Of a stretch of 64,000 bases of DNA, positions 37,571-49,086 are shown one piece after another. The notes under the pieces were generated by a model. It ran no database searches and was not told the origin of the DNA. It saw only the letters and a program-made list of their open reading frames with translations. A program made the position numbers and the translations under genes. This DNA is from Moniliella sp. 'wahieum' (lineage: Eukaryota): the NCBI GenBank assembly GCA_003971905.1, contig RSEE01000041.1, positions 62,001 to 126,000 of the forward strand. Direction: 5' to 3'. How positions within the stretch are numbered: position 1 is the first letter of the stretch; the number at the start of each line of letters is the position of its first letter.

Positions 37571-39998
37571 TCAGAACCACATGGATACGGACGCGCTCTG
37601 TGCACAAGCCAACCCCACGCGGAAACCCGTACCAGCCGTACAATCCGTACCAGCAGTACAACCAATCAGTAGAGTCAGTACAGTCAGTTTCCTCGTCCAG
37701 TCAGTTGCGCAGGGCAGATACAGCGTGGCCAAGCAGGCGGCACGCACGATGGACTTCTGCTCGGAACCAACGTACCCGTTCGCAACTCTTGAGCGCATGC
37801 CACCAGCGCGGGGGCAAAAATAGCAGATCGCCCGGGTACAGCGTGCTGACTCGTGCTTCGGACGCAAGCATCACGAGTGGGGAGACGGTGGGATCAGGAT
37901 CAGGATCAGGATCGGGATCAAGACCAGGATGCAAATCCGGCTCGAGATCGAGATCGAGAGGCGGAGCAAAAACGTCAAAGGTAGCTGTGTTTCCCTGCGG
38001 GGTAAGTGCGCCACCTCGGTTCGCGTGGGGGGAGCGATCCAAACGCGTTTGGAGCCGACGAGTTGAACAAAGCAATTATAAAACGGGTCGGTATGAGCTG
38101 GGGAGAGGGTACGTTTTGGGCCGAGCCACGCATTGACCACGACCGTTGGGTCGCCCGCTGGGTCCAGTGGAGGCGCGTACCGGCACGCGCACATTGGTCC
38201 ACTGGTAGCGGTGTGGGGCATGCACATGCGCCCGAAGGCCCGGGCGGTAAGGCGTACACCACGTCCGGCACTACAATGTCTTTCCATAGCGCGGGGAATT
38301 GGCTCAACAAATCGTACTGCGCCAAGTAGCATACCTTGTCGTCCGACCCATCTGGCTCATTTGGCTCATTTTGCCCATCTGGCCCATCAAGCCCATTCGA
38401 CGACCTCCTTCTCACCTGGCCCACGCGAGGAAGCACCCAATGAGCGTGCCTGTGGCAGCGGGGAGCTACGTTACCCCGCTTTTCTTGTGGGTGTATCCGG
38501 GCCCGGGGCAGGAACAAGGGTAGACGGTAGGAGGTGGTGTGCATGTGCATCCCATCCAGCGCAATGCAAAACCGAGCAAAGTCCATGACCTCTTGGTGCC
38601 ATTGAGATGAGGTATAAGTTGTGCCCACTTCGACAGGCACGAGTCTAGCTGCGCCAGCTACGTGGCGCAAGTAGTGTGCATTGGGCCACTTGTGTACAGC
38701 GGGCCAGGCACGTGCGAATCCCCGCACGATAAATGCGTGCTCCACCAGCGCTCGTGATGCCCTTGCCCTGCTTGGGTTTTGGCCTCGGCCTTGGGAGTGG
38801 GAGTGGAATTGGGATTGGGGGTGAGATTGGGATTGGTAGGCGGAGCAGGAGAGGCGAGGAAAAGGGAAGGTAAGAAGTTCGACTCGGGAATGGGCAGCAA
38901 AGGCAAGTGGGAGCTGATCCGTCTTGTTTTTCTTCCTTCGTGCCGTTTCCGTTTTCCTTGGCTTGGGCCCGAGGCGGGTGGAGCCAACGAAGGAGAGGAA
39001 GGAGAGGAAGGAGAGGAAACGGATGAGCCAACCGGCCCACCGTCCCCCTCTTGCCTCCCTTGCCTCCCTATGCTCCCTTGCTCATGTGTACCTTGCGTAG
39101 GTTGGCTCTCTTTCCATGCCACGCCTTGGCTCGCCTCGTGGCCCGTAGCAAGCCATCCATGGGCCTGAGGAACGGGCTCGGGGTCGGCATGGTATTGCGC
39201 CTCGGGGGAGCGAGAGCGTGGACCAAGGCAAGAGCAAGAGCCAGAGCCAGAACCAGAGCAAGCTCCAGATCCAGGCAAGCGTTGTTGTAGCCAGGCGACC
39301 ATGGCGAGGACGTGGTCGTGACGTGGTTCGTGGTCCGCGTGCCATGCGGGGGCGCCCGAGACGATCAAGGCGGTATCCAGGATGTGAATGGCTTGAACCA
39401 CACGTGTTTCCGTATCTTTCCCGTCGTACCCGTCTTGCCCGTCTTGTCCGTCTTGCCCGTCTTGTCCGTCTTGCCCGTTTTGTGCGTCTTGCCCGTCGTG
39501 CTCGCGTGCATCAGGCGGGTGCGGGTGCTCGCTTGGCTCAGGACGATGCGGTGGGAGGGACAGAGCCAGGTCCACGGCCCAAGCCAGCGCTACGTCATCA
39601 GCGCGCGGATCCAGTGGGTAACGTGGAGCGGAGCGCGTCGTTGGATGCCGTGTTGAACCAAGCTCCAGAGGGAGGGGAAGTCGAGCGCAGGACAAGGGGA
39701 GGAACAAGCTGGGTAAGAGCATGGAGGAGAGTGTGGAGGAGAAGCCGAAGGAGAAGGAGAACGTAGAGAAGAAGTAGAAGAAGTAGAAGAAGGAGGAGGA
39801 GGCGGGGGGGGGAGCACCGTACGGGCCCAGTGGCGCAGGTGGATGCAACACTGCACTTCTTTCCTTGGTAGCTTGGTCAGTGGAGCTGGGAGCGCACGCG
39901 GGTGCGAAGCCCGAGGCGAGGAGGACGAGGATGGGGGCGAGCGGATCGCCCTCGGTGTCGGTGTCGTGTTCGGGCCAGGGCGAGGGCGAGGGCGACAT
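37571..39998 (-). CDS. JmjC/cupin_8 2-oxoglutarate oxygenase (JMJD5/KDM8-like)
   Basis: LDTALIVSGAP, WPAVHKW..RLVPVEVGTTY, YLAQYDLLSQFPAL..DIVVPD, NAWLGPKRTLSPAHTDPFYNCFVQLVGSKRV, PGDLLFLPPRWWHALKS | intron 37775-37598 | SASVSMWF-stop. HxD...H metal triad intact. Confidence 0.87.
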
Positions 39999-41003
39999 GG
40001 GGGAAGTAGCGGGGCAAACGGCAGCCGACGAAAGAATGGTGGATGGTGGGGTTACGGGTGGGGGCGTGGTCAGATCTCAGAGCGAACGAGACGGCATGAA
40101 CGTGAGTACTGAGTGAGGGAGGCTGGCGAGTGGGGAGAGGGCGAGGCGACTGGATGGAGCCATACGGCCGTGCGAGCGTAGCGCACATACCAAGGCGTGT
40201 GACATGTGACATGTGATGTGCACGTGACGTCGACGCGTCCCCTCTTCATGCAAGGACATCCTTCTCCTCGTCGACGTGAGGGACGGCGAAGGGGGAGACA
40301 CCATGTGTACGCGCTGGCCTGCATGCCAATCAGAGTCGGCGGTGGACCGAAGCAGAACGATAGAGAGAGAGGAGAACGGGCCAAGGAACGAATAAAGAGG
40401 GCCAGAGGGCAAGAGGGAGGGCAAGAGGGCCAGAGGGCAAGAGGGCAAGAGGGCAAGAGGGCAAGAGGGCAAGAGGGCAAGAGCAAGACCCTGAGGCCCG
40501 TAGGGAAACAGGAAAAAAGGAGAGAGATGGACACACACCAAATTCAATTACAGTACCAGCTAAAATCGAACACGAAGATGAAGAAGATGAGGAAGATGAG
40601 AGTAGGGCAGGGCGCGGTACACGATCCATCCGAGCCAGACAAACGTTAAAACAGACACCAGCGCGATCGAGGCCAAGAACAGAATGCAATTTGATATGCT
40701 GTGTGCACAGAACATGGGGCTTAAGGGCAGGACAAGAAGCGAGCGCAAGGCAGGGGGGAGGGGGGGACTAGGACAACAGGATACCGGTTCACCAGGGCAA
40801 CAAGGGGGACAACAGAGCACCCATGCAAGAGGGGCAACAAGTAGGAGGGCGACCGACTGAGGCGCAAGAGGAACAAGCGAGGCGACAATGGCAACAATGG
40901 AACCAAGTACCAAGGCGGACAAGACGTAGCGCTTCCATTGACTCTGGGCGCTCTGGGCGTCGCAGCCGGGGGGGGGGGGGGGGCAAGCGCGCCAACGGTA
41001 ATG

Positions 41004-41272
41004 ATAGGATAGGATAGGATCAGATAGGATAGCATAGGATAGGATAAGATAGGGTAAGGTAGAATAGGATCAGACAAAATAGGATAGCATAGCATAGCAT
41101 AGCATAGCATAGCATAGCATAGCATAGCATAGCATAGCATAGCATAGCATAGCATAGCATAGCATAGCAATAGCATAGCATAGCATAGCATAGCAGATGC
41201 ATAGCATAGCATAGCATAGCATAGCATAGCATAGCATAGCATAGCATAGCATAGCATAGCATAGCATAGCAT
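41004..41272. repeat. Compound pentanucleotide microsatellite (ATAGG)n then (ATAGC)n
   Basis: Degenerate ATAGG units 41004-41083, then a near-perfect ATAGC run 41084-41272 with two interruptions. Confidence 0.95.
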
Positions 41273-41589
41273 ATAGGAGAGGAGAGGAGAGGAGTAAGGA
41301 CGCGCGGGACGGGCCGACGAGCAATGTCGATGAGCTGGTACTAAGATGCATGAGCATGAGCTGGGCGGCACGGCAAGCAAGCAAGCATTGAAGGCCAAAA
41401 CCAAACAACAAACCAAAAAAAAAAAACAAAAAAGATAACCCTGAGCACCAAACTCGGTGTCCGGTACCCTGTACAGGCAGCAGAGCAGAACGAACCCCAT
41501 AGCCCGTAACCCGGGACCTGCGAGCACCTGTACCGCAGCGCGCGGGGGGGGGAGGGGGGGGGGAAATAAACGTTAAACCGGTACCTGGG

Positions 41590-43494
41590 TCACGGATCCG
41601 CGGGGCCAGGCGCAACGGCCGTCGCAGGCGGACTGCGTCCGGGGGGAGACCAATACCGGTTGATCAGTTTCGGTTTGGCAATAGGATTGGGTGTGGAATT
41701 GGAATTGGAAGTGGAATTGGAATTGGAATTGGGATTGGGATTGGGGTTCTGGGTGGAATTGGGATGAGGATGAGGATGAGGACGAGGACTGGAAGTCGGT
41801 GCGAGTTGGGACGTGAGCGAGGTAGGGTCGGCCAACGCCGGTCGGGTAGGGGGACTAGTGAGTCCCGGGAGGAGGAGCTGCGCCCAAACGGGGGAAGTGG
41901 ATCGGCTGGAAGACTGGCCCGGAGGCCCGGGGGGGGAGAGAAGCGTGGGTAGAGGAAGATGTAGAAGTGGATCCGGGAGGGACATGGACGAGTTCAAAGG
42001 CAACGGACCGAGGCCAAGTGGGCTAACAGGTCCAGGGGAAACGGTAACGTGAGTGGTGGTGAACTGAGCGGGCCGAGCGGGGCAAGGGAAGCACCAAGTC
42101 CAAAGTTACCACTGGCAAAGCTACTGCTTCACCGAGACTGTTGATGCCTGCGATCCCTGGCGAAAGGGAGCCCGTAGACCGGGGGGCAGACCGCCTAACG
42201 GGACCATGCCGAGACCGGGATTGCGCAGCTCCGAGGGCGCGAGGAAAGGGTGCCGATCGCCTGTTTGGCGGGACAGATGGGGCAGCGGGTGAGGGTGAGG
42301 GGGCTCAAGGACGGGTGGTGAGCCGAGTGTGAGCAGTGGGTCCCATTCCCGATGCTAAGCCCGCAGGACCAGGAGGCGACATGGACCCCGTTCCGCCGCC
42401 CGCTAAGGTCCGTGACGATTTGGTGTGCAAGTTCTTTTTGGCCATCTCCGTCTTGAGCACACACCCGCGTTCCGCATCGACCATCCGACCATTGAGGAAA
42501 TCACGCGCGCTCATCGCTTCGCCACGAGTGCGAAATTTGGCGAACCCAATGATTTGTTCGGTCCGGTTTCGCGCGGTTGGAGCACCAGGACCAGGACCAG
42601 GACCACCACCACCACCAGGACCACGCGCCACCAGCGAGTGAGGAGCCGAGTGGGCTGAGGGGGCCCGAGGCATTGCTCGCTGCACCTGGGCGCATGGCGC
42701 CGGACCGAGGGGGAAGAAGGCCTCTTCCTGGGTCTGATTGGGCAGTGTGGGGAACTTGAGTGACGCCGCCTCAAAGCCACGGGCAAGACAAAGTAATTGG
42801 TAAACTCGCGCTCGGTAATGTCGTCGGGGAAGCCAGCAAGGAAGACGGTGGTGATCTCCTCGTTGGGGTCCTGCTTGAGCCGGTTTGGGAACGGAGGTTC
42901 CGCTAGGTGCAGGGGCAGGGGCAGGACCGGGACCGGGACCAGGACCAGGACCGGGGCCAGGACCAGGGCCAGGACCGGGAACCGGGACCGGGAGCACCAG
43001 AAAGAGGGGGTACGTTTGGAGGTGGGAGGGGCCCGGGGCGGAGGGATAGCCGCGATGGGCGGGCGGCAGGAGGAGGCAGTGCGGATGGGGGCTTGTGGGT
43101 GGGCGGGAGGTAATAGTAGTTGGGGTTGGGGTTGGGGGCGTGCGCATCGGCGAGCGGGGAGCTGGGGAGCGGCGGGGGCTGTGGGCTGGAGCTGGAGCGG
43201 GCGTCGGCGGGCGGGGCGGGGGCGGGGGCGAGGGCGAGGTGGCGGAAGAGGGGGCGAGGTCGGCGTCGGAGGCGAGCGGGGCATGTCGAACGGGGCGGCG
43301 GGCTCGAAGGGGCCGGCGGGGCGGAGAGGGCAGGGTGGTAGGCGGGGTAGGCGGCGGCGGGGGCGGCGGGCGCGGGGGCGGCGGCGGGGGTCGGGGGCGT
43401 CGAAGGCGAAGAGGTCGTTGGCGCCCCAGAAGCGGTCGCCGGGGGACGAGGCGAACTGGTGCAGCTCGCCCGTCGACGGCGGCGCAGAGGACAT
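41590..43494 (-). CDS. RRM RNA-binding protein, Scw1/Whi3-like
   Basis: EEITTVFLAGFPDDITEREFTN..GFEAASLK, QIIGFAKFRTRGEAMSARDFLNGRMVDAERGCVLKTEMAKKNLH; reading frame ends at PGPADP. 3' structure uncertain. Confidence 0.75.
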
Positions 43495-45947
43495 GGCGGG
43501 GGGTAACGTTAATGAGCGCGACGCGTCGGGCAGGCGCAGCAGCAAACACGCAACCACGCAAACACGCCAACACGCGAACACGGCGACTGGTGGTGGTGCG
43601 CTGCGCAGGAGCGTCGCCGCGCGCCGCGCCTCGCCGCCCGAAGCTTGCGTGCACAGCCGCGTCCCCACACCGGCCCCGTGCCTCCCGCCCAGCGCGTGCG
43701 CGCGTGCCTGCCCGTGTGCCTGCCGCCCCGGGTGCGCACCGCGCCAGTGCGCGGTCATCGCAGCCACCGGCATGTGCAGACGGACGCACCAGCCGACTGC
43801 CCAGCCTCCTGCCAGTGCCCCAGTGCCTCATGCAGCGTGCAGCGGCCAAGCCACCGTCTGCCCCCTGCATTCGCTCTGGCGGCGGAACGGCAGGGAGGAC
43901 ACTGCCTCCGTGCAGCACGTCTGGCCTGCACTGGCCCCGCCAGCTCTGCAGCTGGCCCAGGGGCATCATGCATCATGCATCATGCATCCATCTTCAAGCT
44001 TCAATCTGATCGAGGCAAACGATGGTCACCGGTCACCGGTCACCGGTCACCACGCTGTGGTTGACAATTCACATCACATGTGACAAGGCACTTGCGCATG
44101 CCGGCACATCACTGCCTTACGCCCCCCGTATAGCACAGCGCCCAATGTGGCCTGGGGGGTGGCTACTACTACTTGAGAACACGTCGCATCCTAGTCCCTA
44201 CTTAGTCCCTAGCCACTACCCACTACCCACTACCCACTACCCACTACCCACTAGTCATTTCTTTTGCAAGATGCCGGGTTTTGATGATCCCGACACAGCC
44301 TTCTTCTCCTTAGTGACTAGTAGGGACTCGTGAATCTGCCCCCTTCGTTTTTCTTGGGTTATGGGCAGGCAGAGTCCCGGATCCATGTCACATGTCATCG
44401 ACCATCTCTTGCGACGTAGCAGTCGGACCATGGCGGGGGCACACAATACACAAACACAATCCACCGTAGAATAGGCCCTGATCGATGGAATGCCAGTCAT
44501 TGCGACGGCAGAGAACATCGTACCAAATTCCACCAAGGATTAATTATCTTCTTCTACCATCAACGTAAGAAGGGACGCTGGACTAGGGCCCAAGTCACAA
44601 TGTCTACTGCGTGTACAAAACTAGGGGACCACCGGGTCTACGGTCCGGTCAGCTGCGGCTTCGCCCGCCTGGTGTGCTGGTATACAATGCAGTGTCAGGG
44701 CTCTGCCTATCCTTTAATTCCACACGGATGTGGTCGATGGTCGATGGTCGATGGTCGATGGCAGGCCTCCCACCGTATTATACAGACCAACAGTTCTACA
44801 ATGTGCACTGATGAATTTGGCCTGCTGACGTTCTGACGTGGTTTCCCCCGCATACTCATCATCAAGCTTCAAGGTCCCGAGTCAAACGTCAAGCGTCAAG
44901 CTCTCAAGCCTCAAGCCTCAAGCTCCAAGACGGCCAGACTCACGGTGCCCGATGCCCGTTGCACGCGTCAAACCTGCGCTGCTCACTGCGGCCGTACTAC
45001 GTGCTGGTGTCCAACTTACCGGTTACCCCTACAGCGGCCACATGGCCACCCGGTCTCGCACTAAGATCTAAGAGCAAGGACCCGAGCAGGTCTCAAATCA
45101 AGGGGGGGCGGGGGGGGGGGGCAAAACATGCTGGTACAGTCTGGTTTGGTATAGTGCATCAGGCATATTGGGGAAAGGGGAGGGATCGAGTGGCGGTACG
45201 GAGTGGGATGCGGGGGCGTGTTCAACAGGTGGGGGGGGGCCGAGTCTCAATGGATCATGATTGGTAGGTCGCCTGGGAGAACGGTATTAGGGTGGGTGCG
45301 CGGAACGAGGAACAAGGAACAAGGAACGAGGAAGAAGAAAAGGGAACGGATGATGGATGAATGGGGACTAAACGGTTGCTCCGTCGTGTGCAGAGAATAA
45401 GAGAGAGAGAGAGACGAGAAAGAGAATGTGTGCTGTGGGGGGGGGTGGCATGGAACGTTCTGATACGGGTGGGATGGTTGGAGGGGGGGCGCAGTGGATC
45501 CGAAACACTGACTTGTAGTAGTGCGTTAGTTCAATTCACTTGGTCGTCTTGATCGGTCGAATGGCAGCCTTGCAGTTGCTGCAGTTTCCGGGCTGATCAA
45601 GCGGGCGTGGGTGTGGCAGATGGGGCACTCGATTGCGCTGGGAGGGATGATCGATGGGAGGGAAAGCAAAGATCAGGAGTCGGGGGTTAGGGGTCAGTAC
45701 GTGGTCACAGTCCGGTCCATTGGGTATGAGAGATAGGATGATTCGATGATGGATGGGAAGGCTCCGAGGTTACCTGTGGGCCTCGGATGGACCAGGCTAG
45801 TAGGCGGGAAGGGAGGAGGGGACGTACAAGGCCATTGTGGGAACCGCAGAGGATATGCGTTTGGGGTTTTGGGTTTTGGGTTCTGGGTGGCGTGCGAAAA
45901 AGGAGGGAGCCAGTGAGGATGCCGTGGTGGGTAAAGCCGGGCGGGGA

Positions 45948-45950
<3 letters not shown>

Positions 45951-45987
<37 letters not shown>
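45951..45987. repeat. (GA)n microsatellite
   Basis: Uninterrupted GA run. Confidence 0.95.
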
Positions 45988-45990
<3 letters not shown>

Positions 45991-47579
45991 TGATGAGATG
46001 ACAAGCAGTGGGGGAGGGGGGGTCTTGCCTCCCTCTTTAATACGCTCTCTACTAGTCACATTTGCGTTTTACCACAGCAACCCGTTAACGGATTGAACGC
46101 GCGCTATTGTTCCGTCGCTGCTGTTGTCCGAGACGAAGGCCGATGAGGTGGGAGGGGTATCTTCCCTATGGTACGATACTCCCACTTGTGTCCTGTATCA
46201 CGAAAAGTACACTACAACGCACAACAACACAGCAATTGTGTAGGAACTCGATAGCAACAGTAGTGCTAACCAGCAACATAAGGCGCTGCTAAAAGGCGTT
46301 GGGCGGTGTCCGAGCGAAAGACAAAAGCAGTGTTGTGTGCTTCCCACCGGTCTCACCTTAGGGTTAACAGGGCGCCCAAAACACCAGCAGAGCACACACA
46401 CAACACCACTTTACTGATTGTGTCTGATGCGCGGCTCTGGCACCGCCGACAGACGATAGTGTGGGGGGGGGGCATTTGGGACGCGGGACGGGTGGGCACC
46501 AGACGAGCCGAGCCGAGCAGAGGGAGAGAGTGGATTTGGGTTTTGGACGGTGGAATGGCGGTGGCTGTGGGAGGATGTGAGCGGATGACCCTTGGCTGTG
46601 AGTGTGAGGCCGAGGCGGCGGGGGGCCCGATGAATTGTGATGAAACAGAATACGAGAGACGAGTGGCGGAGTGGTGTGTGTGGTGCTGCGTTCTGCCCCG
46701 CCGCCTGGCTAATGGCTGGGACTGCCGAGAGAGCGTGCACTGCCCCCTGCCCCCTTGCAACTCGCCACGCTCCATGCTCCATGCATGCATGCATGGAACT
46801 TTCAATTTCACTCGCCCTTCCCTCGGCCACCGGCCACCGCCAATCCCGCAGCGCTTCCTGCACACTGCCCGTAGCTAACCCCTAACCCCTAAACCGTCAG
46901 GCGGTCCAGGAGGGGGATGAAAAACAAGGGCCCATACGAGCAAGATGACCAAGGTGACGGGCACCAGCCGCGCCTGTATGACCTGAATATGAATGGTGAC
47001 AAGAAGGACATTGACAGTACAGCGCGTGAGGTTCTTCCTCCCCTGCGGTAGTGCATTTTTGTCTTTGGTCCGCAGACGAGCTCCCAACGCCCAATGCGAG
47101 TTGACAGAGGGACTGGCGGAGGGTTTTGTAGGGTGTGGTAAGGGGGATGAACCAATGGATCGATTGGATCATACTTTGGACCTTTTCCTACAGTTAGTAA
47201 GCATGAACCGACCGCCGACTCGCTGGGCGACCGCACACCAAGGCTAAACGCGTTGCGACGTGTTGCAGTGTGCTCCAGGCTGCACTCTGTTTGTTCTGAC
47301 GTGCCGTCTTTCCGTCGGCGGCCAAGCAGCACAACTATCGATGGGACCTACCTGGTGCCGGCAGCCCGGCGTTAGCCTTCAGCAACGCTCACTGCAGATT
47401 GGATGATTTTCGCTAGTCCTGTCGTTATGATCGAAACGTCTAACGAGCCGGGTGGGATGTGCTTGCCGCACCTCTGCCTAACCTACTACCTTCTGGTCGC
47501 CGAACAGAACAAGTAAAACCTCATGATGGATATACGATTGAACCAAGCAGGGTAGCAAGTGAGCTCGGGTGGGTGAGGC

Positions 47580-48568
47580 TCACATGGTCCAACCGGTGTA
47601 GTCTCGCTGGTTTCCGATCTTGGGGTACTTGTGCTGGGAACCCGAACCGGCGTGTCGGACACGGTAGATGGCCTCGCGCATGCGCGCCTCGTCCCGCTCT
47701 TCCCACGTCTTGCCGTATCGGAGAACAAACTGGACACGACCGGTGCGGTGGATGATACGTCCTGCGCCCCTTGTTCTTATACTCGATGCTCTTTGAGTGA
47801 GGGCCCTTGCTGACCCAGATCTGGTCGACAATCAAACGGGAGACATCGAGGCCTTTGGCACGTGCATGTTCACGCGCCAAGACAAGGGAGGACTTGATCC
47901 ACTTGGCCGCGCGCTTGGGCGAGTACTGCAATTGCAAATAGCAAAATCAATCGGTTCCTTAGCCACGAGCCTGGCGAGGTGACGCAACTTCTTGTGGCTA
48001 GTACGGTGCATGGCATACTATACTTGTGTTCGGGGGGAGCGTCCGGTCCGCCCCACCGTTTACGCAGCAACCGAGCCCTTTCTTGGCCCACAAACGTTCC
48101 TCCTCATCCCTCTTCCCATCCCACCCTCTCCTGTTCCTGCTCGTTCTCCAACAGAGGCGAACCATCAACGCCGACGGCACCCAGGGCCGCGTCGCGACGC
48201 TCGTCCGCAGCGACCTGCTGCGCGTCGGAAGGCAGCATACCACCCAGCTTGCGCTGGCGCTCGCGCTCTTTACGGTTACCGTAGATGATGCGGCCCAAGC
48301 GATCGCCGAGGCGGGGTGCGATCTGGTCCGACAGCCAGCTGGGACGGGCGGCCGAGGTGTTCAGACTAGAGGGCGGGGGACGGGGGGTTAGAGGTCAGAG
48401 GGGGGTCTGGACGCGCAGGCGGAGGGGGGAGACGCACGAGCGGGCAGGGGGCGCGAGTAGGCAGACGCGAGTGCGGTGGTGGGCAGGCGTGCGGGCAGGC
48501 GGGCAGGCAGGCGGACAGGCACGGGCGCATGGCCCGGCCGGCCAGGGCAAGGCTGGAGCGGGCGCCAT
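47580..48568 (-). CDS. MRPL22: Mitochondrial ribosomal protein uL22m
   Basis: SHKKLRHLARLVAKEPIDFAI/QLQYSPKRAAKWIKSSLVLAREHARAKGLDVSRLIVDQIWVSKGP, GRIIHRTGRVQFVLRYGKTWEE. Start codon uncertain; frameshifts. Confidence 0.85.
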
Positions 48569-49086
48569 TGGGATTCGCACGGTGGCGAGCGGTTGGGGTG
48601 GAGCGGGCGCTGGCTGGCTGGATGGAATGCCATCTTCCCATCTTCTTGTTCTTGGCTGCAACCCTCGCTGCTCCCGCTGCTTCTCCATTCCGCCCTGGTG
48701 GCATTCCGCTGGGCACGGGTGTGCGTACGTCAGCAGCGCACGTGAGCGAGCGGGGAGATTGAAGATTGAAGCTGAGTATGAGGTCAGCTGAGCTCAGCCT
48801 GAGCGCTGTGTTTGATCGGATGATCGGAGGATGCCGATGGCTGATCGGAGGCTGCTGCGCTGCCGACGAGGTGGATGAGGTGATTCACACGGGGTGCTGC
48901 GTGTGATCGATCGGAGCAGCCGTCGGCAGGCGAGCAGAGCGCAGCGCAAAAAGAAGCCCGCTAGTCCCGCGCCCGCTTCTGCCGCGTGCGATTCCATTCG
49001 CGTTGGCCATCTGCCGTGCGCTGCTCGCTGCTCGCCACGTAACACGTAACTCCTTCTCGCCTCGCCTCGCGCGCTTCCTGCCCGGC

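Noticed and set aside
40721..41615. ORFs with (MLCYA)n repeats that look like a Cys-rich repeat protein or pheromone precursor
   Set aside because: Simply the translation of the (ATAGC)n microsatellite, giving the same repeat in all three frames.
46875..47087. Small membrane-protein-like ORF (PVTLVILLVWALVF) and adjacent CCCCTAA telomere-like units
   Set aside because: No recognisable family or continuation; only two 7-bp units, not a TTAGGG array.
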